Shown: positions 56,220 through 64,000 of the stretch, in pieces | Position numbering within the stretch: the first letter of the stretch is position 1 | Layout: each line of letters opens with the position of its first letter | Assembly (NCBI GenBank): GCA_040756375.1 | Contig: JBFLZC010000018.1 | Span: 43,836 to 107,835, forward strand | Direction of reading: 5' to 3' | Source of the DNA: Thermodesulfobacteriota bacterium | Lineage (GTDB): Bacteria > Desulfobacterota > Desulfomonilia > Desulfomonilales > Desulfomonilaceae | DNA: 64,000 bases | The notes under the pieces: model-generated | Told to the model about the DNA's origin: nothing | Databases searched by the model: none | Seen by the model: only the letters and a program-made list of their open reading frames with translations | Made by a program: the position numbers and the translations under genes

Positions 56220-57611
56220 TTAAGGGTTGGCATCTTCCGTGTCCATACCCAGTTTCATCAGTCGGTACCGGAGGGATCTCAGCGTAATTCCGAGCAGCCG
56301 AGACGCGCGTGCACGATTTCCCCCTGCCATCTCCAGCGCTCTAAGAATGAGCTTCTTTTCAAGGTCCTGAGTTGCCTGATCCAGGTTTATTCCTCCCGCA
56401 GGAAAGTCCGGATCCCCGGTGACCACATCAGGCTGCACGCTCTCCACCAGTCTGTCGGGAAGGTGTTCGGCTGTCAGTTGATCGGACTGCTCCAGAGTGA
56501 CGCATCGTTCGATGATATTTTCCAGTTCTCGCACATTCCCTGGATACTGATAGTTGCACAGGACTCTCATGGCAAGTGCGGAGACCTTTTTAATGCTCTT
56601 TCTCTGTTCCCTTGCGAACTTTTTCAGGAAGTGTTCGACAAGCAGAGGGATATCTTCTTCGCGGTCTCGCAAGGGCGGTATGCGGACGCGAATGACGTTT
56701 AGCCGGTAATAGAGATCCTCGCGGAAGCGACCTCCCTGCATCTCCTTCTCGAGGTTTCTATTTGTGGCGGTTATCACACGAACATCCACTTTGCCCGACT
56801 CAACCTCTCCCACCCGACGGAACTCCCGGTCCTGAAGGAACCGCAGGAGCTTTGCTTGCACGAATACGGGGATCTCTCCTACTTCGTCAAGGAAGAGTGT
56901 TCCGGTGTGGGCTTCTTCCACGAGGCCAGCCTTATTGGTGACCGCGCCCGTGAACGCACCCTTCACATGGCCGAAGAGCTCTGATTCAATCAAGGTTTCC
57001 GGGATCGCGCTGCAATTGACCACTACAAAGGGCTTGTTGGCACGGGGAGACTTGGCGTGGATCGCCTTTGCGACAAGCTCCTTGCCGGTGCCTGATTCCC
57101 CGAGAATGAGGACGCTTGCCTTTGAGGTCGCGACCCGGTTGATCATATCGAAGACGTCCATCATTTCCCGAGAGTGGCCAATGATTTCACCGAACGCGAA
57201 TTGTCCCCGGACCTGTTGGTCCGTGAGAAGAGTCTCTTTGCGAAGCTTCCGGGCATCGAGGGCATTGCGTATGACGCTGCGCAGATCTTCAACTTGAAAA
57301 GGCTTGGAAATGTAATCGTACGCTCCTTCACGCATCGCTCGCACCGCGTCGTCTGCCGATGCGTACGCGGTTATGGCGATAATGGCAGCGAGCGGATTCA
57401 AGGCACGTATCTCTCTAATCAGATCAAGGCCACTCATCCCCGGCATTTTTACGTCGGTAATGACCAGATCCGGCTCCTGTTTATGGTACAGGTCCATGGC
57501 CTCCTCGCCGGTGGTGGCCAGATCCACCTCATAGCCTTCCTTGGAGAGCAGAATCTGGAGCAATTCCCTCATGCTGGCTTCGTCATCAACTACGAGGAGG
57601 CGTTCGCTCAT
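56220..57611 (-). CDS. Sigma-54-dependent response regulator (NtrC family: REC, AAA+ sigma54-interaction domain and Fis-type HTH).
   Basis: REC motifs LLVVDDE and TDVKMPGMSG. Walker A is GESGTGKE. The GAFTGA motif and a C-terminal HTH are present. Confidence 0.85.
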   Translation of the reverse strand: MSERLLVVDDEASMRELLQILLSKEGYEVDLATTGEEAMDLYHKQEPDLVITDVKMPGMSGLDLIREIRALNPLAAIIAITAYASADDAVRAMREGAYDYISKPFQVEDLRSVIRNALDARKLRKETLLTDQQVRGQFAFGEIIGHSREMMDVFDMINRVATSKASVLILGESGTGKELVAKAIHAKSPRANKPFVVVNCSAIPETLIESELFGHVKGAFTGAVTNKAGLVEEAHTGTLFLDEVGEIPVFVQAKLLRFLQDREFRRVGEVESGKVDVRVITATNRNLEKEMQGGRFREDLYYRLNVIRVRIPPLRDREEDIPLLVEHFLKKFAREQRKSIKKVSALAMRVLCNYQYPGNVRELENIIERCVTLEQSDQLTAEHLPDRLVESVQPDVVTGDPDFPAGGINLDQATQDLEKKLILRALEMAGGNRARASRLLGITLRSLRYRLMKLGMDTEDANP

Positions 57612-59332
57612 GAGCCGGCTTTCCCTTCATCCCGTTGGTCGTTCACGGCTTCTTCAGCAGCCAGGGGGAGCTTGACAGAGAAGATGGTTCCGGAGGAGGC
57701 GTTACTCCAGGCTTCCACCGTCCCTCCGTGGGATTGGACCACGCCCAGCACCACCGAAAGCCCCAGCCCCGTACCTCCGGGTTTGGTGGTGGCGAATGGC
57801 TCAAAAAGTCGTTCTTTCATTTCCGGGGGTATTCCCGGGCCAGAGTCTTGTATGTTGAGCCTGGCCTGGCCCTTCGCCTCGTCAGGCTCCAGGGTGACCC
57901 TGATGACGCCATGCTCGGGTGAGGCTTCCGCCGCGTTTCTGAGCAGATGCCAGACCGCGTGGCGCAGCCGTCGGGGATCGCCTTCAACCTCCAACCCGCG
58001 ACTCAAGAGTGGTTCCACAACGACTTTTCCCTTGATTGCGTCGTCCTGGAAAAAGAGGTCGATCGTCTCTTCGACCAGTTGGTCGAAGAGCACCCGGATC
58101 CCGTGTGTCCGGCGCACGCTCACGGTGGCCGCGAAATCCTCGAGCAAAGAGTTTATCCGGTCGGCTTCTCTGAGAACGATATCGAACAACTTGGTCCGAT
58201 CCTCGACCTCTGTCGAGAACTGGCCCAGCAACTCGGTCGCGCCCCTTAGCGCCGCGAGAGGATTCCGGATCTCATGAGCCATACCTGCCGCGACGCGTAC
58301 CAAAGCGGCTTGACGTTCGCTCTGACGCACGCGTTCTTCCATCTTTCTCAGTTCGGTCACGTCCTGAAAAACCACCAGCCGCCCCGATCGGGCGCCGTCC
58401 ACGTCCATAAGATCCGACACCGTTAGATGAATATCTCTCCGTTCCCAGTCAATGTCCTTGACGGTAAAGTAGGGCTTCCGCGAGCTTGTCGAGGTCAACC
58501 CGTCTTCTCGAGTAACTGAGAATATCTCACTGAGCGGGCGGTGCAAAAGTCGATCCAACGGAGTGGCCAGTAGCGCAGCTCCGGAGCGGTTCACATAGGT
58601 GATCTTGTCATTCTCATCCGTCGTGATGATCCCGCTCGGGATTGACCGGACAATGTTGAGATGGAGGTCGGAGAGCTTTTCATAGTCTCTCTCTCGCAAA
58701 CTCAGAGCGGTTCTGGTGACTTGGAGCTGTTCGGCAAGGGTGCTGGCCATGAGCGCAATCAGGAAAAACACCGTGAAGTGCACCACCATCACCCACAGCA
58801 TGTAACCGGGAGAAGACTTGTCCCACGCGATTACCCACGGCCAGTCGCTCGCAGGGATTAGGCCGTGGAACTGAAGGTTGATGAGCAGACCGAACAGAAT
58901 CGACGCAATGGAAGCAGTGAGAAAAGCGCCTCTTCTGAAGTGCAGTATGCCGGACGTGACAATGGGAAATACATAAATGAAGGTGAACGCGCTCGATGTT
59001 CCGCCGGTGAAGTAAACCAGCGCCGTGAAATATACAAGATCCGCTATTACCTGAAAGAAGGAAAAGCCCCACAGATTCGTGATCCTGGGCAGGCTCAACG
59101 CGTAGAGCAGACTGAGGATGAAGATCGTCGCGATGAGGATGTACAGTGGTACAAGCGCAGCAGTGACAACCGTCGTGCTCGCGCTCAATTGAAAGAAGAT
59201 CGTGACGACCAACAACAGCGTGGTCACCACGACCCTCAGCAGCATCAACCACTCAACAAGCTTGCGGTAGTCGGGGCCGCTCGGCAATTCTTTAGGTTGG
59301 ACCGACCGGACTATGAGCGCCCAAATGCCCAA
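57608..59332 (-). CDS. Sensor histidine kinase with a multi-TM N-terminal domain (about 6-7 TM), PAS, HisKA and HATPase_c, cognate to the NtrC-like regulator.
   Basis: Hydrophobic N-terminal 250 aa. The H-box is HEIRNPL. The G-boxes are DSGPGIP and GTGLGL. It is translationally coupled (4-nt overlap) with the regulator gene. Confidence 0.8.
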   Translation of the reverse strand: MGIWALIVRSVQPKELPSGPDYRKLVEWLMLLRVVVTTLLLVVTIFFQLSASTTVVTAALVPLYILIATIFILSLLYALSLPRITNLWGFSFFQVIADLVYFTALVYFTGGTSSAFTFIYVFPIVTSGILHFRRGAFLTASIASILFGLLINLQFHGLIPASDWPWVIAWDKSSPGYMLWVMVVHFTVFFLIALMASTLAEQLQVTRTALSLRERDYEKLSDLHLNIVRSIPSGIITTDENDKITYVNRSGAALLATPLDRLLHRPLSEIFSVTREDGLTSTSSRKPYFTVKDIDWERRDIHLTVSDLMDVDGARSGRLVVFQDVTELRKMEERVRQSERQAALVRVAAGMAHEIRNPLAALRGATELLGQFSTEVEDRTKLFDIVLREADRINSLLEDFAATVSVRRTHGIRVLFDQLVEETIDLFFQDDAIKGKVVVEPLLSRGLEVEGDPRRLRHAVWHLLRNAAEASPEHGVIRVTLEPDEAKGQARLNIQDSGPGIPPEMKERLFEPFATTKPGGTGLGLSVVLGVVQSHGGTVEAWSNASSGTIFSVKLPLAAEEAVNDQRDEGKAGS

Positions 59333-59469
59333 AGGCCAGGCCTCCCTGTTATGCTGGTGCTCTTGCGCAATTCACGTGGCATACATCATGACTTCCCCCC
59401 CCGGATTCATCGAGGGGCAAAGTGCCCAGGCCTTGGCCGCGTCAAAGGCCGATTGCAGGAAAGCTGTTT

Positions 59470-60957
59470 CTAATTCCACTTAGAAGGCTTGCCGTGCTGA
59501 TCACGCACGATCTCCTTCACCAGGGTCACCTTCCGAGGGCACTTGTACCGGGAGAGGTACTCCCGACAGAAACGAATGATTTCACGCTCATCCGGTTTTG
59601 TGCCGCTTTCCGGCACTACCAGGGCTTCGATAACCTGCCCTCGCATGAGATCCGGCACCCCGATCAACGCCACGTCCGCCACCTGAGGATGACGTATCAG
59701 TATTTCTTCCACTTCCTGGCAGTATACGTTGAAGCCGGAGGTAATAATGAGATCTTTCTTCAGCCCGGTCAGCGTAATGTACCCTTCTTCATCCAGGTGG
59801 CCCAGGTCTCCTGTATAGAGCCATCCGTTTCGGATCACCATTTCAGTCTCCTTGGGATGGCCCAGGTACCCGAGCATCACGTTCGGCCCCTTCACTACGA
59901 CCTCGCCCGTGACGCCTGCCGCCACACTCTTGCCGTTCTCGTCGTGGATCTCCACGCTGACACCGGGAATTGGCACGCCGATTGTGCGAGGTTTATTGAA
60001 GACATTTATGTTGTTCCACGACACGACCGGAGAAGCCTCGGTCAGCCCGTATCCCTGATAGATGTCGATGCGGAACCGTTCGCAGAACTTCTCGTAGATC
60101 TCGTAAGGGAGAGCAGCTCCACCGCTAATGCCGATCGTGAGGCTCGAAAGATCCAGGTCTTTGCACGCTGGGTGATAAAGGAACCCGTAGTAGACCATAG
60201 GCACAAGCCCGGTGAAAGTTACCCGCGCCTTTTGCAGCCAGGGAATCAAAGTGGGAAAGTCCACCCGCTCCACCAGGTAAGTGGTCGCGGCGACTCTGAA
60301 GATGTTCAGGAGGTTTACGGCAGCGCCGAATGCGTGAAACATCGGAATAATCGCCAACCCATGCTGCTCATGGTTTCCGTTGCACTGCTGATCCAGCATG
60401 ATTGAATTGCTATCCAAATTGCCATGACTGAGGGACGCTCCCAGAGCCCTCCCTAAGAGCCCTGCGGTGAAAATAACAACTGCCGGGTCATCAGGCTGCA
60501 TGTTCGCAGCCGTAAACCGGTCCGAGAAATCCTTCCGGATATCATCCAATGAGATCGCGCCTTCGGCGGGCTCGGTGGTGATTATGACTTTCACATATTG
60601 AGCCCTGTCTTGGAGAGCCTGGAGCTTTGGGACTTGCTCGGGCTTGCAGACTACTGCCGTCGGCTTGGCTTCAATAAAGTAATGGCTCAGCTCATGTACC
60701 GTGGAGACAGGGTTGAGCGTAACCGCGATAGCGCCGATTCGGACCGCGGCAAAGTAGGCCATGACGAATTCGGGCCGGTTGCCCATGATAACGGCCACGC
60801 GGTCGCCCTTGCCGACCCCCGACTTGACGAGCGCATTAGAGAGCTGATTGATCGAACGGAGAAGATCGCCATAGGAGATGGTCAGGTCCTCAAAAACAAT
60901 CGCAGGATGATCCGGCCGATCGCTCGCGGCGCGGTCCACCATTTCGCTCAGATTCAT
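59470..60957 (-). CDS. AMP-dependent synthetase/ligase (long-chain-fatty-acid--CoA ligase family).
   Basis: AMP-binding motifs (..TSGFN.., GYGLTE) over 495 aa. Confidence 0.8.
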   Translation of the reverse strand: MNLSEMVDRAASDRPDHPAIVFEDLTISYGDLLRSINQLSNALVKSGVGKGDRVAVIMGNRPEFVMAYFAAVRIGAIAVTLNPVSTVHELSHYFIEAKPTAVVCKPEQVPKLQALQDRAQYVKVIITTEPAEGAISLDDIRKDFSDRFTAANMQPDDPAVVIFTAGLLGRALGASLSHGNLDSNSIMLDQQCNGNHEQHGLAIIPMFHAFGAAVNLLNIFRVAATTYLVERVDFPTLIPWLQKARVTFTGLVPMVYYGFLYHPACKDLDLSSLTIGISGGAALPYEIYEKFCERFRIDIYQGYGLTEASPVVSWNNINVFNKPRTIGVPIPGVSVEIHDENGKSVAAGVTGEVVVKGPNVMLGYLGHPKETEMVIRNGWLYTGDLGHLDEEGYITLTGLKKDLIITSGFNVYCQEVEEILIRHPQVADVALIGVPDLMRGQVIEALVVPESGTKPDEREIIRFCREYLSRYKCPRKVTLVKEIVRDQHGKPSKWN

Positions 60958-61069
60958 AGGAACTCCTGTCTGAAGGCAGCTTGGAATGGGCAGAGCTTAC
61001 CACGGGCGGGGCCTGAATTCAACTCTCAGCGCGCCATTTTTGAGATCTCGTTCCGGAGAAAGGAGAGGA

Positions 61070-61573
61070 TCAGCCTCCTGCCCCTACTTTTCTGACCTTT
61101 ACAGGCGGAGGCAAGGGATGCTCTTCCACGGCAAACCATTGGGGAAGTTTGATACGCCGCGGCACACAAATAGGCTCGGGAACAACCGTGACCACATTCA
61201 CAGGAACAATGCGAGGTACGACAGGCGCTCTCGTCTCGGGACGGCACGTGGGCTGAGGAAAGCAATGCACGCATGGCCCGGAACCTTCCGCGCATCCGAC
61301 CGGCGTTTCGGTCACGAGCACGCGTTCCTTCTGGCGCGCAAGCACAGGATGGGGGAAGGTTTGCTCAAACTTCCTGGGTATGATGACGGTCTCGTTTTTT
61401 ACGCACGGGACCATCTTTTGATAATAGGTCACGCACGACTTAGGATCGGGCTTAATAAAGAAGGTGTATTCGCCCTTGGCCGCGAGGATCTCTTCTCCGA
61501 ACGCCAGGGCAGAGCCTGCCAGAGCAAGCGACACGATGAGCGCCATTAACCATACCGAAAGGAGCTTTCTCAT
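61070..61573 (-). CDS. Secreted hypothetical protein (signal peptide, Cys/Pro-rich).
   Basis: Signal peptide MRKLLSVWLMALIVSLALAGSALA. Confidence 0.45.
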   Translation of the reverse strand: MRKLLSVWLMALIVSLALAGSALAFGEEILAAKGEYTFFIKPDPKSCVTYYQKMVPCVKNETVIIPRKFEQTFPHPVLARQKERVLVTETPVGCAEGSGPCVHCFPQPTCRPETRAPVVPRIVPVNVVTVVPEPICVPRRIKLPQWFAVEEHPLPPPVKVRKVGAGG

Positions 61574-61721
61574 TGCAATCCTCCTGAAATTATATTAATT
61601 ATAGCATGATAATGACAATCTATCAAGTTTCGTATAAATCATAGATGCAGAATTCTCTGTCTTGCACGCGATCCATTGGTTGTGCTAATCTCTGGCCCAA
61701 CACGGCGAGAAAGGTGAAAAC

Positions 61722-62006
61722 ATGCTCCCCGTCAGGAATGCGGTCATTGTGACGTTAGCCCTGGTGCTCATCCTGGTCGCGGCCGCAAGCGCGACGGCCG
61801 GACAGGTATGGACCAAGTGCGACATCACATGCCGCTGCCTCAGCAACGATCAGGTCGGGAACTTCTCGTTCATGGTACCCGTGGATACATCTCCTGACGT
61901 GGCTTTTGACGCGCATCAAGCGTGTAAGAGTTACGGGCACAGGATTTGTTCGGACGGGTGTAATGGGCTGAAGTTCGCGTTCACGTACCAGGTTACCAGC
62001 CCTTGA
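61722..62006 (+). CDS. Small secreted Cys-rich protein (8 Cys in a mature region of about 65 aa).
   Basis: An RBS (AAAGGTGAAAAC) is followed by ATG. Signal peptide ...LVAAASATA. Cys spacing is C-x3-C-x1-C ... C...C-x3-C. Confidence 0.5.
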   Translation: MLPVRNAVIVTLALVLILVAAASATAGQVWTKCDITCRCLSNDQVGNFSFMVPVDTSPDVAFDAHQACKSYGHRICSDGCNGLKFAFTYQVTSP

Positions 62007-62128
62007 ACCTGGCCGCGGTACGATCCTGAGCCCACCCGCAAGAAGAAACGCAGCCGCATAGGCGCAGGGCGTGAGCTAGACGCGTCCCTCCAGCAGCGAC
62101 CCCGCGACCGAACGGTCTTTCCCCGCCT

Positions 62129-62329
62129 TCAATAATCCATTGAGTCATCGTCGGACGAAGATTTGCGCCTGTTGCCGAAGAAAACGAGCAGCGCTGCCAC
62201 GGCAAGCAGAATCGCACCTATCAATGCCTCGTCGGTCTTCCCTTTGAGGTACAGAAGCACCAAAGAGACAGCGGCGACAGAAAGGGCAACCAGAGCAAAC
62301 AAGCTACTGGAGAGTATTCTACGCAGCAT
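62129..62329 (-). CDS. Possible small 2-TM membrane peptide (66 aa).
   Basis: Hydrophobic profile only. Confidence 0.25.
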   Translation of the reverse strand: MLRRILSSSLFALVALSVAAVSLVLLYLKGKTDEALIGAILLAVAALLVFFGNRRKSSSDDDSMDY

Positions 62330-62346
62330 CCCTGTTCCTTGCAGCC

Positions 62347-63996
62347 TTACCGGTAAGTAGTTAGCCCGTGGCTGTTCGTGGAGAGTCGATCCCTGGCGGA
62401 AGATCTCTCGATCAAGCGCAGGTAACGGGAATAATCCAGGGTCTTCAACAGTATCATCGCCTGCGAATAGGCGTCATGAGCTTCTCTTACTCTGCCCAGC
62501 TTCTGGAACACCTCGGCCTTGTGAGCCAGCAGCGAGGCAGACGCCCTGTCAAAGTAGTTCAAGGCTTCCGCATGCCTGCCTGCGGCTTCGTACAGAGTGG
62601 CCATCTGGTACAGAGCATTGGTTTCAGCTGCGGCGTCACCTTTTGCCCGAGCAACCCAGAGCCGCTCCAAGGAACCGACAACCACAGGTGCATCCAGCCC
62701 CAGTTTGGTGGCGAGGTTCCGCGCTCTCTTTTCAGTCAACATCGGTAAACGAGCATTGTTGGCCGCTCGCCAGGCCGTTGTGGCCCGTGCATAATCTTCC
62801 AATGCTTGAGGCAAATCGCCGCGTTGCTCGCGCATCAGGGCGACCCGAGTGAGGAGCGGTTCCATGCCCTGAGTGAGCCTGAGTTTTTCTCTAAATCCGA
62901 TGGCCGCTACCAGAGCAAACAACCCTCTGTCATTCTTCTTGCTCGCGTACGCTTCTGCGATCTGCTCAAGGACCTCTATCATCCGGACCTCTTCACCGGC
63001 CGCCCTCAATTGGGCCAGATCGGAAAGGAGGCTTTCGATGCTCCTCTTGCCTTTCTTGTCCCCCGGGGGATCCTTAAGAGCAAAGGTCTGGCGCTGAAGT
63101 CCTTTCGCAGGCTGAGGTACGGCAACAACGGCCACAGGCTTGGTATCGACTTTAGGCGATCCGACGGCAACCGGCGTCAGTTTTTCGACTCGAGCGGTCT
63201 CCTGCCGAGGCGCGGGCGCGGGACGTTTCGGCTGGGCAGAAGCAGCCTGCGGAGTAGTCGCGGACGCTTGCGAGGGCTTTCGTTCGGGCTCCGGTTCTCT
63301 AGCCGCAACTTGCGTACGACCCGTGGGAGGGGACGGAGCCGCAGTGGGACGTGAGTCCGTAGGTTGTGCCAGGAGCTTGGCATATCCCCCGGCTGCGACC
63401 TTTTGTCGTAGCCTGACCGTGTAGCTTTCCGTCTTATCTTTCAAGCCTATTGCCTGGCTTGCCTGCGCGAGCTGAGCCAAGGTAAGCACGATTTCGTCGG
63501 AAACATTGAGCCGCTCAAATATAGAAAGGGCTCGTTCAAGAGCCGGCAACGCGCGCGGATTCTCACCCATCCGAGAGTACGCTCGGGCGATCTCCAGCAG
63601 GGTCCATGCTATGCCGTACTGGTTCTTATTCCTTTTTGCGAGCTGGAGGGCTTCCTCATACCGAACAAGGGCCTTGTTGTAGTGGGAATCCTTTGCAAAA
63701 CGATATCCCTGAATGTAGAGCGTTGCAGCCTCTTCAGGAAGCTTCTCGATAGCACGCTTGCGCGCGAGTTCATCCAGCGCAGCCAAACTCTCAACCGTGG
63801 CCACAGTAACTTCAGCAGGAGCGGTCTTTGAGGCCTCTGAGGCGTGTGCGCGACTCGGTGGCTGTGGAGTCTCCTTGGGCTTGGTTGGAACTGGGCCTTC
63901 CGTCGGCTTGGCAACACGACGGGTATCCGTCTGGGTTTTCACCGGATGCGATGCCGAGGGGCCTTTCTTTTCCAGCGCAGCTATCTTCCTTTCCAA
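62347..63996 (-). CDS. TPR-repeat protein with an Ala/Pro/Thr-rich low-complexity linker. The N-terminus may extend beyond the window end.
   Basis: Multiple TPR-like helical repeats (..LEEALQLAK.., ..AEAYASKKN..). Confidence 0.55.
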   Translation of the reverse strand: MERKIAALEKKGPSASHPVKTQTDTRRVAKPTEGPVPTKPKETPQPPSRAHASEASKTAPAEVTVATVESLAALDELARKRAIEKLPEEAATLYIQGYRFAKDSHYNKALVRYEEALQLAKRNKNQYGIAWTLLEIARAYSRMGENPRALPALERALSIFERLNVSDEIVLTLAQLAQASQAIGLKDKTESYTVRLRQKVAAGGYAKLLAQPTDSRPTAAPSPPTGRTQVAAREPEPERKPSQASATTPQAASAQPKRPAPAPRQETARVEKLTPVAVGSPKVDTKPVAVVAVPQPAKGLQRQTFALKDPPGDKKGKRSIESLLSDLAQLRAAGEEVRMIEVLEQIAEAYASKKNDRGLFALVAAIGFREKLRLTQGMEPLLTRVALMREQRGDLPQALEDYARATTAWRAANNARLPMLTEKRARNLATKLGLDAPVVVGSLERLWVARAKGDAAAETNALYQMATLYEAAGRHAEALNYFDRASASLLAHKAEVFQKLGRVREAHDAYSQAMILLKTLDYSRYLRLIERSSARDRLSTNSHGLTTYR

Positions 63997-64000
63997 AGCT

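Noticed and set aside
1-64000. CRISPR arrays, rRNA genes, IS elements with intact transposase/IR pairs other than the RAYT.
   Set aside because: No regularly spaced short direct repeats, no rRNA-like conserved stretches, and no DDE transposase ORFs were seen in any frame.

Overview
The window is a high-GC (about 60%) chromosomal segment, most likely from an anaerobic deltaproteobacterium of the Syntrophobacterales or Desulfobacterota type. It is densely coding, and all calls were made by eye from the ORF translations with no database searches.

Gene content, 5' to 3':
- 1..4503: an SfrAB/FdhAB-like pair. A GltD-like NAD(P)H/FAD subunit (cut by the window edge) is followed by a NuoG/FdhA-like molybdopterin subunit whose Mo-ligand position appears to be Ser.
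- 4600..9995: a phosphorelay cluster with two tandem REC-GAF paralogs, a membrane HAMP-PAS histidine kinase and a REC-PAS-HK hybrid.
- 10132..13010: an intact tRNA-Arg(CCG) followed by three decayed direct copies of its 3' half. This looks like a serial-integration hotspot. The remnant cargo is an orphan DUF2442 gene, a BrnT/BrnA toxin-antitoxin pair and a membrane protein, and no integrase remains.
- 13046..15720: an IorAB/CoxLS-type two-subunit Mo-hydroxylase with a Tat signal.
- 17236..20946: a fatty-acyl-CoA ligase followed by an SdsA1-type alkylsulfatase.
- 20930..23698: an orphan VapB-like antitoxin and a GH57 glucan enzyme.
- 24026..29741: a hydantoinase A/B (oxoprolinase-like), PaaK-like adenylating ligase and GGCT-like cyclotransferase cluster.
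- 29803..35796: two copies of a roughly 100-125 bp MITE-like palindromic element that create fake ORFs with IPAFAGMT/VIPAQAGIQ translations. Between them lie a cNMP-binding/Zn-ribbon protein, a REP-associated tyrosine transposase (RAYT) flanked by inverted GC hairpins, a flotillin/NfeD operon and a secreted parallel beta-helix protein.
- 35876..40571: an uncharacterised membrane/regulatory cluster. It holds an anti-sigma-like GHKL ATPase fused to a GNAT domain, a SpoIIM/DUF95-like protein, an RDD protein, and an L7/L12-CTD-like domain fused to a multi-TM protein.
- 41393..41990: a second BrnT/BrnA pair with a near-consensus sigma70 promoter and a probably leaderless start.
- 42227..45486: a standalone double AAA+ ATPase, then a low-GC islet carrying an O-methyltransferase and a small membrane protein.
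- 46112..51192: a DmpA peptidase, a Zn-ribbon protein, a degenerate cytidylate-kinase-like/BON protein and lutABC.
- 51392..54558: a GT2-DUF2064-GT2 triple-fusion transferase with a coupled NAD epimerase.
- 54645..55968: pyrimidine-related dUTPase-like and OMPDC-like genes.
- 56220..59332: an NtrC-like sigma54 response regulator with a multi-TM PAS histidine kinase.
- 59470..60957: a second acyl-CoA ligase.
- 61070..62329: divergent small secreted Cys-rich proteins and a tiny membrane peptide.
- 62347..63996: a TPR protein.

No CRISPR array, rRNA or selenocysteine recoding was seen. The candidates for novel biology I rank highest are the tRNA-Arg repeat ladder, the MITE/RAYT-rich segment, the GHKL-GNAT/SpoIIM/RDD/L7L12-membrane cluster, the HyuAB-ligase-GGCT cluster, the GT2-DUF2064-GT2 fusion, and the AAA+ ATPase next to a low-GC islet.
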